Assembly: GCA_051362555.1 (NCBI GenBank)
Contig: CM120640.1
Span: forward strand, 35,359,967-35,423,966
Length of the DNA stretch: 64,000 nt
Direction of reading: 5' to 3'
Origin: Lingula anatina
Lineage: Eukaryota; Animalia; Brachiopoda
Shown here: in pieces, positions 1 through 25,388 of the stretch
How positions within the stretch are numbered: position 1 is the stretch's first letter
Layout: the number at the start of each line of letters is the position of its first letter
Notes under the pieces: model-generated
Databases searched by the model: none
The model's input: the letters and a program-made list of their open reading frames with translations, nothing else
What the model was told of the DNA's origin: nothing
Position numbers and translations under genes: made by a program

Positions 1-14143
<14,143 letters not shown>

Positions 14144-14611
14144 TGCTTTTTGTGTGATGCTATTCAATTCGAATCACTGAGTTCTTGAAGCAGCTGAGAT
14201 CAGCTAGATGTATCAAACATTGGATTTATCATTCTTATCTAAGAGGGAGAAAAATGTTGGTTAGTTGAAAGTTCTGTTGCAGCCAAAATGCAAGTGATTT
14301 AATAAAGTGACCCTCTATTTTCGCAAGTAATTAAGAATAACTGCACATCATTTCAGTTGCTTAATCAGGATCAAATACTCAGACTATTTATGCAGTAATA
14401 CATTTTTTCAAGTTTGGCATAGTACCACACAAAAATAAAGTACCAACTCGGCGACTGTTACATTATAATTTACAATGATCAATATACATCTTCTAAGGTG
14501 AAACTGAATTATGTGAATGGGTAAACTACAAAGAACTGACTTAAGGTTTAGTCCAATTCTTCGACATTCCTGTACTATCTTGATCTACAAACAAACTTTC
14601 TCTGGCACTTA

Positions 14612-14700
14612 CCATGCGCTTTATACGAATTGAAGAACTTCTCCACGAAACATCCTAGCTATGAACATTATTATTGAAACGTCCGCTTTTTCTCGTCTTG
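14612..14700 (-). other. Probable non-coding first exon of CEP162
   Basis: Minus-strand donor ATG|GTAAGT near 14612 and a polypyrimidine/AG acceptor near 14238, upstream of the ATG. The 5' boundary is a guess. Confidence 0.5.
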
Positions 14701-14945
14701 GTGAATAGAAATTAAGAATTGGCATTTGCTGAAACAATACAGTGTAAAATATCATTATTTATGGAGGATTTAAATAATAAAATACGTTGGACATGTTTAT
14801 AACATATATGATATTATCATGCAAAAGTAATAAAACTGATTTTATTTTTCTGATACAGTTAAAAGAAATATTATAAAACTTGGAATGAGAATTACCGGAA
14901 CTTTTTTCTGGCCTCTAAAGTCTAAAGAATTTTGAAGCGGCAAGA
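14612..14945. promoter_or_regulatory. Putative bidirectional promoter CEP162/DNAJC8
   Basis: Divergent genes with first exons a few hundred bp apart. ETS-like CCGGAA near 14895 and YY1/TISU-like CAAGATGGCC over the DNAJC8 ATG. Confidence 0.6.
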
Positions 14946-15642
14946 TGGCCTCGACAACAGAAGCTAGTTCCACAGATGAAAAGAAAACAGAACCAGATGC
15001 AGCATTTTCTGAATTCTACACAGAGGTATGTAATTTAAGCTTCGAATTTATGATACATGCCTTTATTCGAAATCTATTTGGCGAATTTTTGCCTCCAACA
15101 TTGTGGCCTCCAACATTGTTATTATTCTATTTCTAGGTGAACTTGAATTAAAGAAGTGAATGTAACGTTGTTATGATATTTGCTCCCCCAGTACTTCAGT
15201 TTTATTACAGTTTTATGCTGAATAAATTCGTAGCTTAGTGTAAACCTTATGATACAGTAATTTACAGTTAATACCTCATTAAATGCAACATTTGTCATAT
15301 GTCAGGCTGATTGATGATGTAACCACACTTGTTTAGTTAATGTTTCATTATGTAACACTTATCATCAACTTTGTAGATTATACATTCAAATCCCTTTCTG
15401 TCTCTTACATGTACTAAATTATATTTATAAATATTTTCAGGTGAAACAGATTGAGCAGAGAGATGCTGTGTTAACATCGAAACAACAAATTGATCGACTT
15501 AACAGAGCTGGTTCTACATACTTCAATCTCAATCCATTTGATGTATGTTTGAAATTTAACGTTTTTACATTATTTTTATCGAAAAATATTGTACATATTC
15601 ACATTTTTTGTTACAGGATGTGCTAAAGAAAATGTTTATTAA

Positions 15643-15679
<37 letters not shown>

Positions 15680-17621
15680 GTGTAAATGTTTGTAAAAACA
15701 TTTGAGGTGATGTGTCAATGTCATATGCTACTTCAATTTCTTTCCTCATATTTTTAACTCCTTTCTTTCGGTTCTGTATGCACGAAATCATGTATTATCA
15801 GTTGATCTTGATATTGTTTTTTTTCTAACATTGTTATTTTATTAAATAATTTCGTTTTTTTATTTTAGGTTCTTCAAGTTGATCCAGATACAGCTCTTGC
15901 AGATGTTAAAAAGAAATACCGACAAGTTAGTTAAATATCCACTGTTGAGTTTAATACAGCATTATTTGAGCTTAACTTGAAAAAGACATAGAAAATTGCT
16001 GTGCAATTGAAATAAAATATTTTGAAGTGAGGTCAGATTAGTAATTATAGCAGGAATAATTCAAAATGGTAAGTAGGGTGTAATGTTTGATTACTGTGAT
16101 TTTTCTTATAATGATTAAAAGCATTGCTTTTAATTCCAGATGTCAATACTTGTCCATCCAGATAAAAATTTAGAGAATGCTGAAAGAGCTCAAAAAGCTT
16201 TTGAAGGTAATGTTAAATCCCAGTGCCTACTTGTATGCATTCCCTTTTGTCTTTTTTTACCTCTGTGTGTGTGTGTGTGTGTGTGTGCGTGTGTATGTGT
16301 GTGTTTTTGATTATAATACCTTCAGACTGAACCACAAATATTATTGCTCTTATTTCAGCTGTGAATAAAGCTTTTAAGACATTAGAAAATGAAGAGGGAT
16401 ACAAAAGGTGCCAAGAAATCATAGAAGAGGCCAAAGTGAGAACAGAAGAAATGGTAAGAGGCTGAACTTGTAATAAAGAGAGACCTTGGGACTGATATGG
16501 GGCAGAAAAAGATTGCCTATACTATTGTTTTAAGTATATAGATTTTTGGCCAATATATTATCAGTCTTAAGTATTATCAGACTGGACTATAAAACATTAT
16601 ATGTTATTGGATGGATATTTTCAGATAAAACAAAAAAGAAAACAATTAAAAAAGGAAGGAAAACCTACAATAGTGCCTGAAGATGAACCAGATAAAGTGA
16701 GCATGGTTTTATGAAATAAAATGCAGAAATGCTTCTTTTATGATTATTGTAAACCCTTATTTGAGAATGATAAACTTGATTTGCTTTTCATAATAAAGGT
16801 TAAGGAAAAAAGTATTATATATATATATAGCTTGGTTTATATTGTCAAAATTTTAAGTAATGAAAACAATCAACACAGAGTGAGCAGGTTGCTCTTCTAG
16901 ATTTGATTTTATTGCAGTATAAGCATGCTGTTTATGTCCAGACATGTAAACTTTTTGCTGACCTTGAAAGGTTAAGACAAGAAAGAGAAACCAAGGACAT
17001 GCACGAAAGGCAAGTTGACAGTTTCAAGAAGTAAATTGCTTCCTGAAAATATGTGCTGACAAGTTAATGATAATTTTCCCCCTGAGTCAACCAAGAATGG
17101 GGATTTCATTGTTTATCAGTATTAGTTGTCATAATCCATATACATGAAGTTTTGAATGGATGTTAAGTGTGCAATGACATGGTTATTTGTTGAAAATTCT
17201 GAAGATTACTATACATTGCTTGCCTTTTCCTAATGTTATCTGCTATTTTCAGAAAAAGAAAAGCGGAAGAGGATGCAGAGGCTGAAGAACTTGCCAAAGT
17301 TAAGGCACAGTGGGACAAAAACTATGAGGTAAATTTCACAGTAAAATGCTGAAATCGTGTGAATTTTAATGTGATAGTTAATAATTGTGTTTCTCTTTCG
17401 AACATTTTTTTAAGAGTTACTCAGCTTATATTGCTTTTTTTTAAGTAATTGAAACAAAATACGAAATTATAGTTTTTCATCTGGTCATGTAAATGAATAA
17501 TTTTTTACAGGAAACCAGGACAAACAGAGTCAACAGCTGGAGGACCTGGAAAACTGGAGGGAAAAAATCTAAAAAAGGAGGAGTAAGGCCACCAAAGACA
17601 AGAGCAGAACAACGCGATTGA
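14945..17621 (+). CDS. DNAJC8: DnaJ homolog subfamily C member 8 (SPF31-like), 9 coding exons
   Basis: Exons 14945-15025, 15441-15542, 15869-15925, 16140-16206, 16359-16453, 16625-16696, 16918-17009, 17253-17328 and 17511-17621 join in frame: FSEFYTEVKQIEQRDAVLTSKQQIDRLNRAGSTYFNLNPFDVLQVDP...SILVHPDKN (J-domain HPD)...WDKNYEETRTNRVNSWRTW...RPPKTRAEQRD*. Confidence 0.95.
17010..17252 (+). other. GC-AG intron in DNAJC8
   Basis: Donor AAG|GCAAGT. This junction gives the conserved MHERKR reading with the phase-2 acceptor at 17252. Confidence 0.85.
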
Positions 17622-19840
17622 CCATGGCCAATCTGGCAAGACTGCACAGGACACTTGCTGCATGTAAACATTGAAAAAAAATCCAGAGTTGTATACATTT
17701 TAGGGCGTTTTATCTGAGGAAGCACTGCATGTGGTTTTCCTGGAACAAACAATCATTTGGATGTGAACACAAATTGCTACCCAATTGAATACACAGACAA
17801 CGCTTGAGATTTTGTCTCACTGCTGCATTTGGTGCCCAAAACCTGAAAGTTTTGAGACCATGTCATAAGTGCTCTACAGCTAGTCTTCAGATGGAAGTAT
17901 CCATATTATTCTGTTGTACACATACTTAAACGCAATTTGAGGAGCTGTTTGAATGAGAATGAGTTAGTTAAACATGAACACCTCGTGCCTCTCAAGGCTT
18001 TTAGTAACTCTTGTAGTTGCTGGCGTGATCTCACCTAACATCAGGAATACATCCACCAGTATCTTTGTGGAAGTGGACCAATAGGAGATGTTATTCTAAA
18101 TACCATTTCTGTTGTGTTTAACCTTAACTGAAAGCTGTTGATTTGAGTGTAGTCATATGATTTGTTATAGAACCCTGAAGCTGTAATTAAAGGTCTCAGT
18201 GAATTTTGCACTTTTGTCCAAGCATTTATTAAAATTGTATGCTTTGACTCTCTGTAATAGACATCAAGCCGTAAGCTGCACCGTCTTTGTAGACCAGTAG
18301 CTGCTGTTATGTTTTGTTTACTTTATTTCAAAATTTGGTATCTTTCATAAAGATAATCTACCTATTATTATTTAATAATTATTATTTCTCATTACATGTC
18401 TCACAAAAGGGTACTGATTGAATTGTATCATTGTTTTAAAAGTTTACAGTATTACAAAGAAATGAATCTAGAAACATAGGGTTTTAGAGATATTCTTGAT
18501 AATTCAATGATATCTAATAGAAACAGATATATAGAAAGGTGTTGATATTACATTTCACATTATTTTCTTAAAATGGAAAAAAAGTAGCAGAAATCATTTG
18601 ATTGTAAATAACTTTATTATTTTGGCTTAACTTGTTATTCAATAACTGATAAACCAGCAATATGAGTCTTGTGCACAAAAGATAAGTAAATGTGCCTATG
18701 TTGTATATACACTAATAAAGATAAACATACTACCTTTCCAGAATTTCAGGCAAGACATGTTTCTGATTACTTTTGAATTACATTTGTTGTTAAGTCTGAC
18801 CAAAAAGTTTACTTGCACAGATGGTTTATGGACATTTTGAGTTTGCAGCATACACACTTGAATGAAAAAAATGAAACATTTTCAAAAGGCCTTGATATAA
18901 AAGGGACAAAAAAGATTGGTTATTAAAGATTTATGAAACTGCAAAGCAAAAAAGTTAATACATACAGGTATTGAAGCATACCAAGTTCTCCCTTTAAAAT
19001 TAATGAACTCTTAAAAATTGGGTTGTGCTTAAACTCTGTGAAACTTTTCTGTTACAGTAGTGGTGTTGCATTGCTTTCATATTTGTTTTCTTTTACAACA
19101 ATTAAAGTTCATGGATAACCCTTTCATGTTATTATTATTCTCTGCTTTTTATTGTCAGCATTATACATTTTTCAATTCATACAATTTAAATTATTTACAT
19201 TATGTTTTGTTCATGTACACTATCTTCAAACATTCAGTTAAGTAAAAAGACCATATAAATACGATATGTAACCGTTACCTACTTAATTGAAATGTTTACC
19301 TCAAAATCAATGTGGTATATACGTGGATGTTCACTCTGTCCTCTTAAATCATTTTAAATATATCATCTGATTTTAAAATGTTTGGAAAGAGCAATTAAGA
19401 TAACCTTGATGCTTATCAAACTTCAATAATCAATTATCCAAGACAGCAGTTGCTCAAAAAAGGGAGTTTTTTTTCAAAAATTGAACCAAAATTCCCTAAC
19501 TAATATGCATTTATAAATAATATGTAAATCTCCACTTCATTTTCTTGTGATCTTTTCTTTTTCATGAATATATACATTACTCATAGTTTACAACTATCCA
19601 ATTTTCCATCCTGTCCACATTAATAAAGATCCATATGTAAATGTGGTCATCTTGGGCTCAGCCAGTTTGATCACCCTCTTATTAGCCTCGTGCTTAGAAA
19701 CTGTTGCAGAATTGACATAGATTTTAAATGAAGATGCCATGTATATTGAAACTTATTTTGAACCAGCATCAAAGATTTTTATGTATGTCCATTTGTATCC
19801 ATTAAGTTAAATTGCAATTTTAGTGCTCCCTGGTTGTGTG

Positions 19841-22212
19841 CTACCTCTGAAAAGCCAAAAGTCCAGCATCTACCAGTTTCTGTATTTTTTCTTGTTGAGC
19901 AGGCTGAGCTGTTGATAACATCCTAAAAACATAAAACAGGGAAAATAAGCATAGGCCTTGATGAAATCTTCCAAAATTATCAGAGTGCTTTATTTTACAA
20001 TCTCCTCCTGACTATATGCAAAGGTTTTGAAAAATTGGTAAAAATAAAAGCAACGCAAAGATAGGACAAGTATTACCCTTGAATCAAATAATACCACTAC
20101 CTTTGTCCTTTTTCAGGGTCTTTCCGTAAAGTTTCAAAGAGCTGTTGAATGAATGGGTCCAGTAGCACAAATCTGATTTCTGGATCTGACAAAATCTCTT
20201 GCATTTTCTTCTCATCTGCAGCTGTTGGTTGGTTAGGATTAGTGCTGCTCCTCACAGATATGTCTGCACCCTGGGAGGGCATGGTTGTGGATATTGTATC
20301 AGTTTTTGGTTTCTGGGGCTGACCATCTGGCATATTTGAAAAGTGGTCACCTGAAAGGAAAAAAAGTTTCCTACACGAGATAGTAACTTCATGAATGAAG
20401 TGATATGCCAAATGACCAAGTTATAAAATAAACAATCATCATATACATAAACAATGCATTTAAATATTTTAAAAAATACAAAGCTGATGCAGATATTTTT
20501 TGATATATATTTTTTAATATCTTGAAATTAATTATTTGCTAAAATTGCCCCAAAATGGTACGATAACAAACAGAGGGAGGATTTTTACTAGCAATTATCC
20601 TTTAATGTTTAAAAAAAAGAACTACCTAATAATCCACAGAATTCTTTGAAAAATTGCTGCACTTCTTGATTATCCTTGTACTTCAGCATTGCTGCTTGTG
20701 GATTGGTTTGAAATTCTGTTAATGCTTTCGTGAATGAGGGATCTGACAACCTTTTGAATAGGACTTCATTGTTTTCAACTTTCCCAAGTAAATCATCTGT
20801 GATCCAATCTGCAATGAAATTTAAATCAATAAAAACTGAAAATACGTATTAAATTCCTTATGAATTAATGGTATAATGGACATCAGTGCTTCACATGGTG
20901 TGAATATCTTACTTTATTTAATATATTTACTTATAGCACCAAATACATTTATTCAAAAATGGCAATGCATTTTATAACTGTTTTGCATTTTTACCTTTAT
21001 TTTGTAAAAGGGATTCTGCACTTTTCATGGCTGTTTGTACTTCTGGAATTTCAAATTCTTTCTCTTTTGTTTCTTTTGGCTTTAAATAGGGAATTGAATC
21101 ATTAGTTGTGTCATTGTTCACAGTTTTGGAGTCATTTGTTGTACTCTGTTTTGGCTTTGATTTTGTATCAGGACTTCCACCAAACAAAAATCCCTTTTTA
21201 AATCCACCAAAGCCACCTGCATCTTTAGATACACTTTTCTTTTCGTGACTGCTGGCGTGTCCAAATGCATTAGTCTGCAATGAAAAATGATTAACCTCAT
21301 TAAAATATTATGCAACATTAAGAAATAATAATAATTATCAAGTAACTCAATTTTTAAGTTAAATGAAAGATTCTCATCTAAAGACATGTTAAAAGTTAAA
21401 TATTTTTCAAGATCATCTAAAATTTGGTTTCTTACATTCATAAGTGAATTTTGCTGCAATTCTGAATCATGGCAAACTTTACTCTTCTGATACTTAGTGG
21501 TCTTACATACCTCGGGCTTCTTTTGGTTAGATTTATGAATATTTTCCTTTTCTATGCTCTGTTCTCTTTGAGATATAACATTTTGTTCAATTTGTGCGGT
21601 GTTAGATTTCGACTTGAATTCTCTTAACTCATCAACTCTTTGTAAAAGTTCTGACATATCCTCTAAAGGAGGGACATCATCTGCAAAGACCAAGGTTAAT
21701 AAGGAAAGTAAAATTTATTTAAAAACACACAAACAAACACTCTTCTCAACTGCTGCGGTCTGCGGGTAATTAGAGGCAAGTTGTACAATAAACACACTTT
21801 TTAATTTAAATACCTCCCAACTCATTGAGCTAACTGAAATTGTTCTAAGTGAAAGTATACAAAGGTTTTCAATTCTAAGATGTTGTGTACATGATATTCT
21901 CCGACATTTTGTAAGTTGGTGTTTTGCCAATTAGCAGCCAGCATGCGTTCAGTTCTCACTCATTTGCACTAAAATACTCGGGACCTTTGCCTGTTTTTGG
22001 CCTTACGTGGTAGGTACTTAGTTATGGTACATATGTTATTGGCAATGTTAAGGCTGAAAACTGCTTATATTGGCAACGTTAAGACTGAAAACTGCTTAGG
22101 CAAATTCGGATATAAATCCCATCCACTAGCCTCTCTCTATTGAGTGGATAAAAACAAACGAATTAGTATATTGTTTACAACGTTAAGTTAAATTCTTACC
22201 ATCTTCCGCCAT
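19841..22212 (-). CDS. Uncharacterised protein with two STI1 (DP) domains and no TPRs
   Basis: Exons 22200-22212, 21511-21680, 20995-21274, 20626-20808, 20101-20350 and 19841-19922 are phase-consistent: MAEDDDVPPLEDMSELL...GGFGGFKKGFLFG...WITDDLLGKVENNEVLFKRLSDPSFTKALTEFQTNPQAAMLKYKDNQEVQQFFKEFCGLLGDHF...MQEILSDPEIRFVLLDPFIQQLFETLRKDPEKGQRMLSTAQPAQQEKIQKLVDAGLLAFQR*. The end resembles the HOP/STIP1 DP2 terminus (KIQKLMDVGLIAIR). Confidence 0.85.
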
Positions 22213-22419
22213 ATTGAAACAAGTGCTAGGTGATAGCGCTAATACGTGACTAGGTAGATAGTAATCTATTCCATATTTATGTACAAATCATACAAAACTC
22301 AATTAAAAGCAGTATGTGGTATCCTTTAAATAGTGTAATTTTAGAATAAAAGTATCTGTAAAGAAAAAGAAACCAATATTTTCCCATGACCCTTTGCGGT
22401 TTCCTACACATGTGTTAAT
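22213..22419. promoter_or_regulatory. Putative bidirectional promoter STI1-domain gene/DDX18
   Basis: Only 207 bp lie between the divergent start codons, and both ATGs sit in an AATATGGC context. Confidence 0.7.
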
Positions 22420-25355
22420 ATGGCCGACAAGCAGACTGCATTCTCGAAGACGAAGAAGAAAAAGATGAAGAAGCCTAAACAACAAAAGCAAATGGCTGTT
22501 GATGATGTAAAAGTCGGTAAGTATTTTAGTTTCTTTGGGATGACGCGTGTCATTTGTCATTAAGACTATTGTTTCCAACTTAATTCAGAAAACTTGTGTT
22601 GATCACATGTAAACTCAACTTAAGTGATGAGTGGAAACACGTGTGTGCTTGGGGCTGTAGCAGTAATCCGAAGGTTCAATTAATAGTCCGAAAGTTCACC
22701 TTAGAACCTTCAGACCAACGAATCCTTGAATTAAAAACTGATGAAAATGTTACGATTTTTTGGACCAATGAACCTTCGAACTATCGAGACACCCAGTGTG
22801 CTTCCACTTAGTTCCAGTACAGTTTCCAAATACTGTGATAGTGATTTAGGCGGTTTCATAATTTTGAACATAAATAAATGCCGTTATAATATATTTTTGA
22901 CAGATGTTTTATCATGACCAATCTCCCGTTATCTGATTTAATAAAATAAAATATTCACAGGTTCTGCTGACTGAATGACATATCGCAGATCATTAATGTT
23001 TAATGTCTTTTGGATGTGTACACAGACGTCCTGTTAGGGAGTTCTATGTGTTGTGTTTACCATATTTAAATCATATAGCACAACAATGAAATTTAAAAAA
23101 ATGTGAACTACAGGGGAGTGCAAGCTGTGCGTGACTATAGCTTTGTAATTCTTCCTAGCTTCAGATTATGGTTTTGTAGTGTCTTAGGGCGTATTCCCAG
23201 AGCTTTTAGATCGATCTATCCCCGCGGGGAGTCTCACTAGTTTACTGTCAGATAATCCGGCTTAAATGTCTGTCCCGCCTACTACAAGCTGTAAGGGGGT
23301 AATTAACTTTCATGCCTGCTTGGCTGACAGCTATTTAGCGTGAACCCCCAGGGAGTGAGGTCGATCTAAAGTAGATCGATCTAATCTCTGGGAATGGGGT
23401 CTAAATCTCCTTTAATCTTAAATAAATAATATAAATTTGAATTGCTTACTGTAATTTTTCTTGATGTCTTACTATTTTACTTTTCATATTTAGAAAATAC
23501 AATGACAACAAATAATAAGCCTACGCCTCAGCTGCAGAAGAAAAAACAGATTGGCTTGAATGGGATTTCTGCAAAAAGTTCCAATAAAGGTTGGTGAAGA
23601 GACATTGTATTAATGTGGTAATAATACAATACAAAATTATTGTCACATATTTTGAATGTGCAGGCTCTTATGTCAGACTTTTCAGGTGGTAAAACATACA
23701 AATATTTTTTTTTTTTCAAATGTCTTAAGATAGTTTTTCTGTATCTGAAAACATTATTATGTAAAAATAATTTGTGTAGACTGCCAAGGTATCAGATTAT
23801 GTTTTTATATCTGTATTCTGTACTGTACAATACATTTTCCACCAGGTCTACATGTTATGTTTGGGTGTCAACTCAAATTTGCTAGCTTCATTTAATTCAT
23901 TTTAATATAAGTTATTATATGATTTTTTAGTTGAAAAAATTATAAAAGACAGTGCAATTGGTGGAAAGAAAAAGCAGAAAATGAAGAGAAGTTTAGGACC
24001 AAGTGAAGAAAAGGGTAAGTAAAGTTGTGATTCAGTTTTTCTTCAGATCTCATTACGAAATTTGAGAGTAAAAATGATATTTCATTCTTTTAAGTAATAA
24101 AGATTTTCAAATTTAAACTTTTATCAACTGAGTTCAAAAATGAACCTCAAATATTCTGTTAACTCTGGAAAATGCTAGATTCAGTTTTTAAATAAAAGTC
24201 ATAAGACCATGGGTATATATAGATATTTTAATGATTGACAGAGTCATTGGGGTCAGTGGTTATGCTGGATTTGGGATTTAAGAATTTTCATCTGGTAGCC
24301 CAAAAAGATATGATCCTAAAGAGATATGGCATAGACTTTTGATAAATAGGCAATGTTTTACATAAGCATGCTGGCCATGTCTAGGCATCCAAACCAAATG
24401 ATTCAGAGTTCAGGCCTCATAAACGATAATTGACGATTTCTAACTTGAGTCTTAGATTTGGGAGCACAAATCCACAAATTAATGACTCCAGCCATGTATT
24501 AACTACTTTAACGTGAAATAACTTGCCACAAGGTAAACGTGTCTAACTTTCATTACACAAACAGCTTCCATCTGGGTCTGTGTTTTTTATACAGCAACAA
24601 TGAGTTTTCATCAATCTCTGGCTCATACAGAATGTTTCTAACACATAGATAAGCAGATTAACAGTTTGTGTAAGAAACATTGCGCTTGTGGCAAGTAGTT
24701 TTACGTTTAGATAGTTAATTCAGGGCTAGAGTCAAATTTGGGCATTTGTCCTCACAAATCTGAGTCTTGATTTAGAAAATGTCTTATCCGTTTATAAGGC
24801 CTGGAGTTGTGATAGTTACATTGTGATCAGAAAGGCTACTCAATCTTTTAGTGAAACCTAAGAAACCTAAGTTGGCGAAAGAAGTGAAAGAGGAATCAGA
24901 AGAGGAAGAGGAGAGTGAAGAAAGCAGCTTTGATGAAGAGGAAGCAACAGGGTTTGTTCTTGAATGTTTGAATTATTTTAATAATTTTATTAAAATAAAA
25001 TCAAATTTGAAGTCATTTAAGTCAAAGTTTGGTTTGACCTTGTCAGTGGAAGCAGAAATTGATTTAGTTCCTCAAGTTCTTGATTTCTCCTATTGACTTA
25101 AAATCCTCATATGATACACTTCTTGTTTTGTTTTAATATAGGACTCCAGTGGTTCAAGGAGGAAGTGATCAGGAGGATTCAGACAACAGTGAGTCAGTGG
25201 GATCTGATGAAAATGAACAAGCTGTCTCTGATGATGAAGAAGTTGGTGATGATGATGACGACAATGATGATGATGTTGATGAAGAAGAAGATGATGATGA
25301 TGATGTTGATGAAGAAGAAGAAGAAGATGATGATGATGATGTTGATGAAGAAGAA

Positions 25356-25388
<33 letters not shown>

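Noticed and set aside
22624-22810. GTGATGA C-box or SECIS-like start with a hairpin interrupted by a MITE
   Set aside because: There is no matching D box or terminal stem, it is intronic, and no selenoprotein lies nearby.
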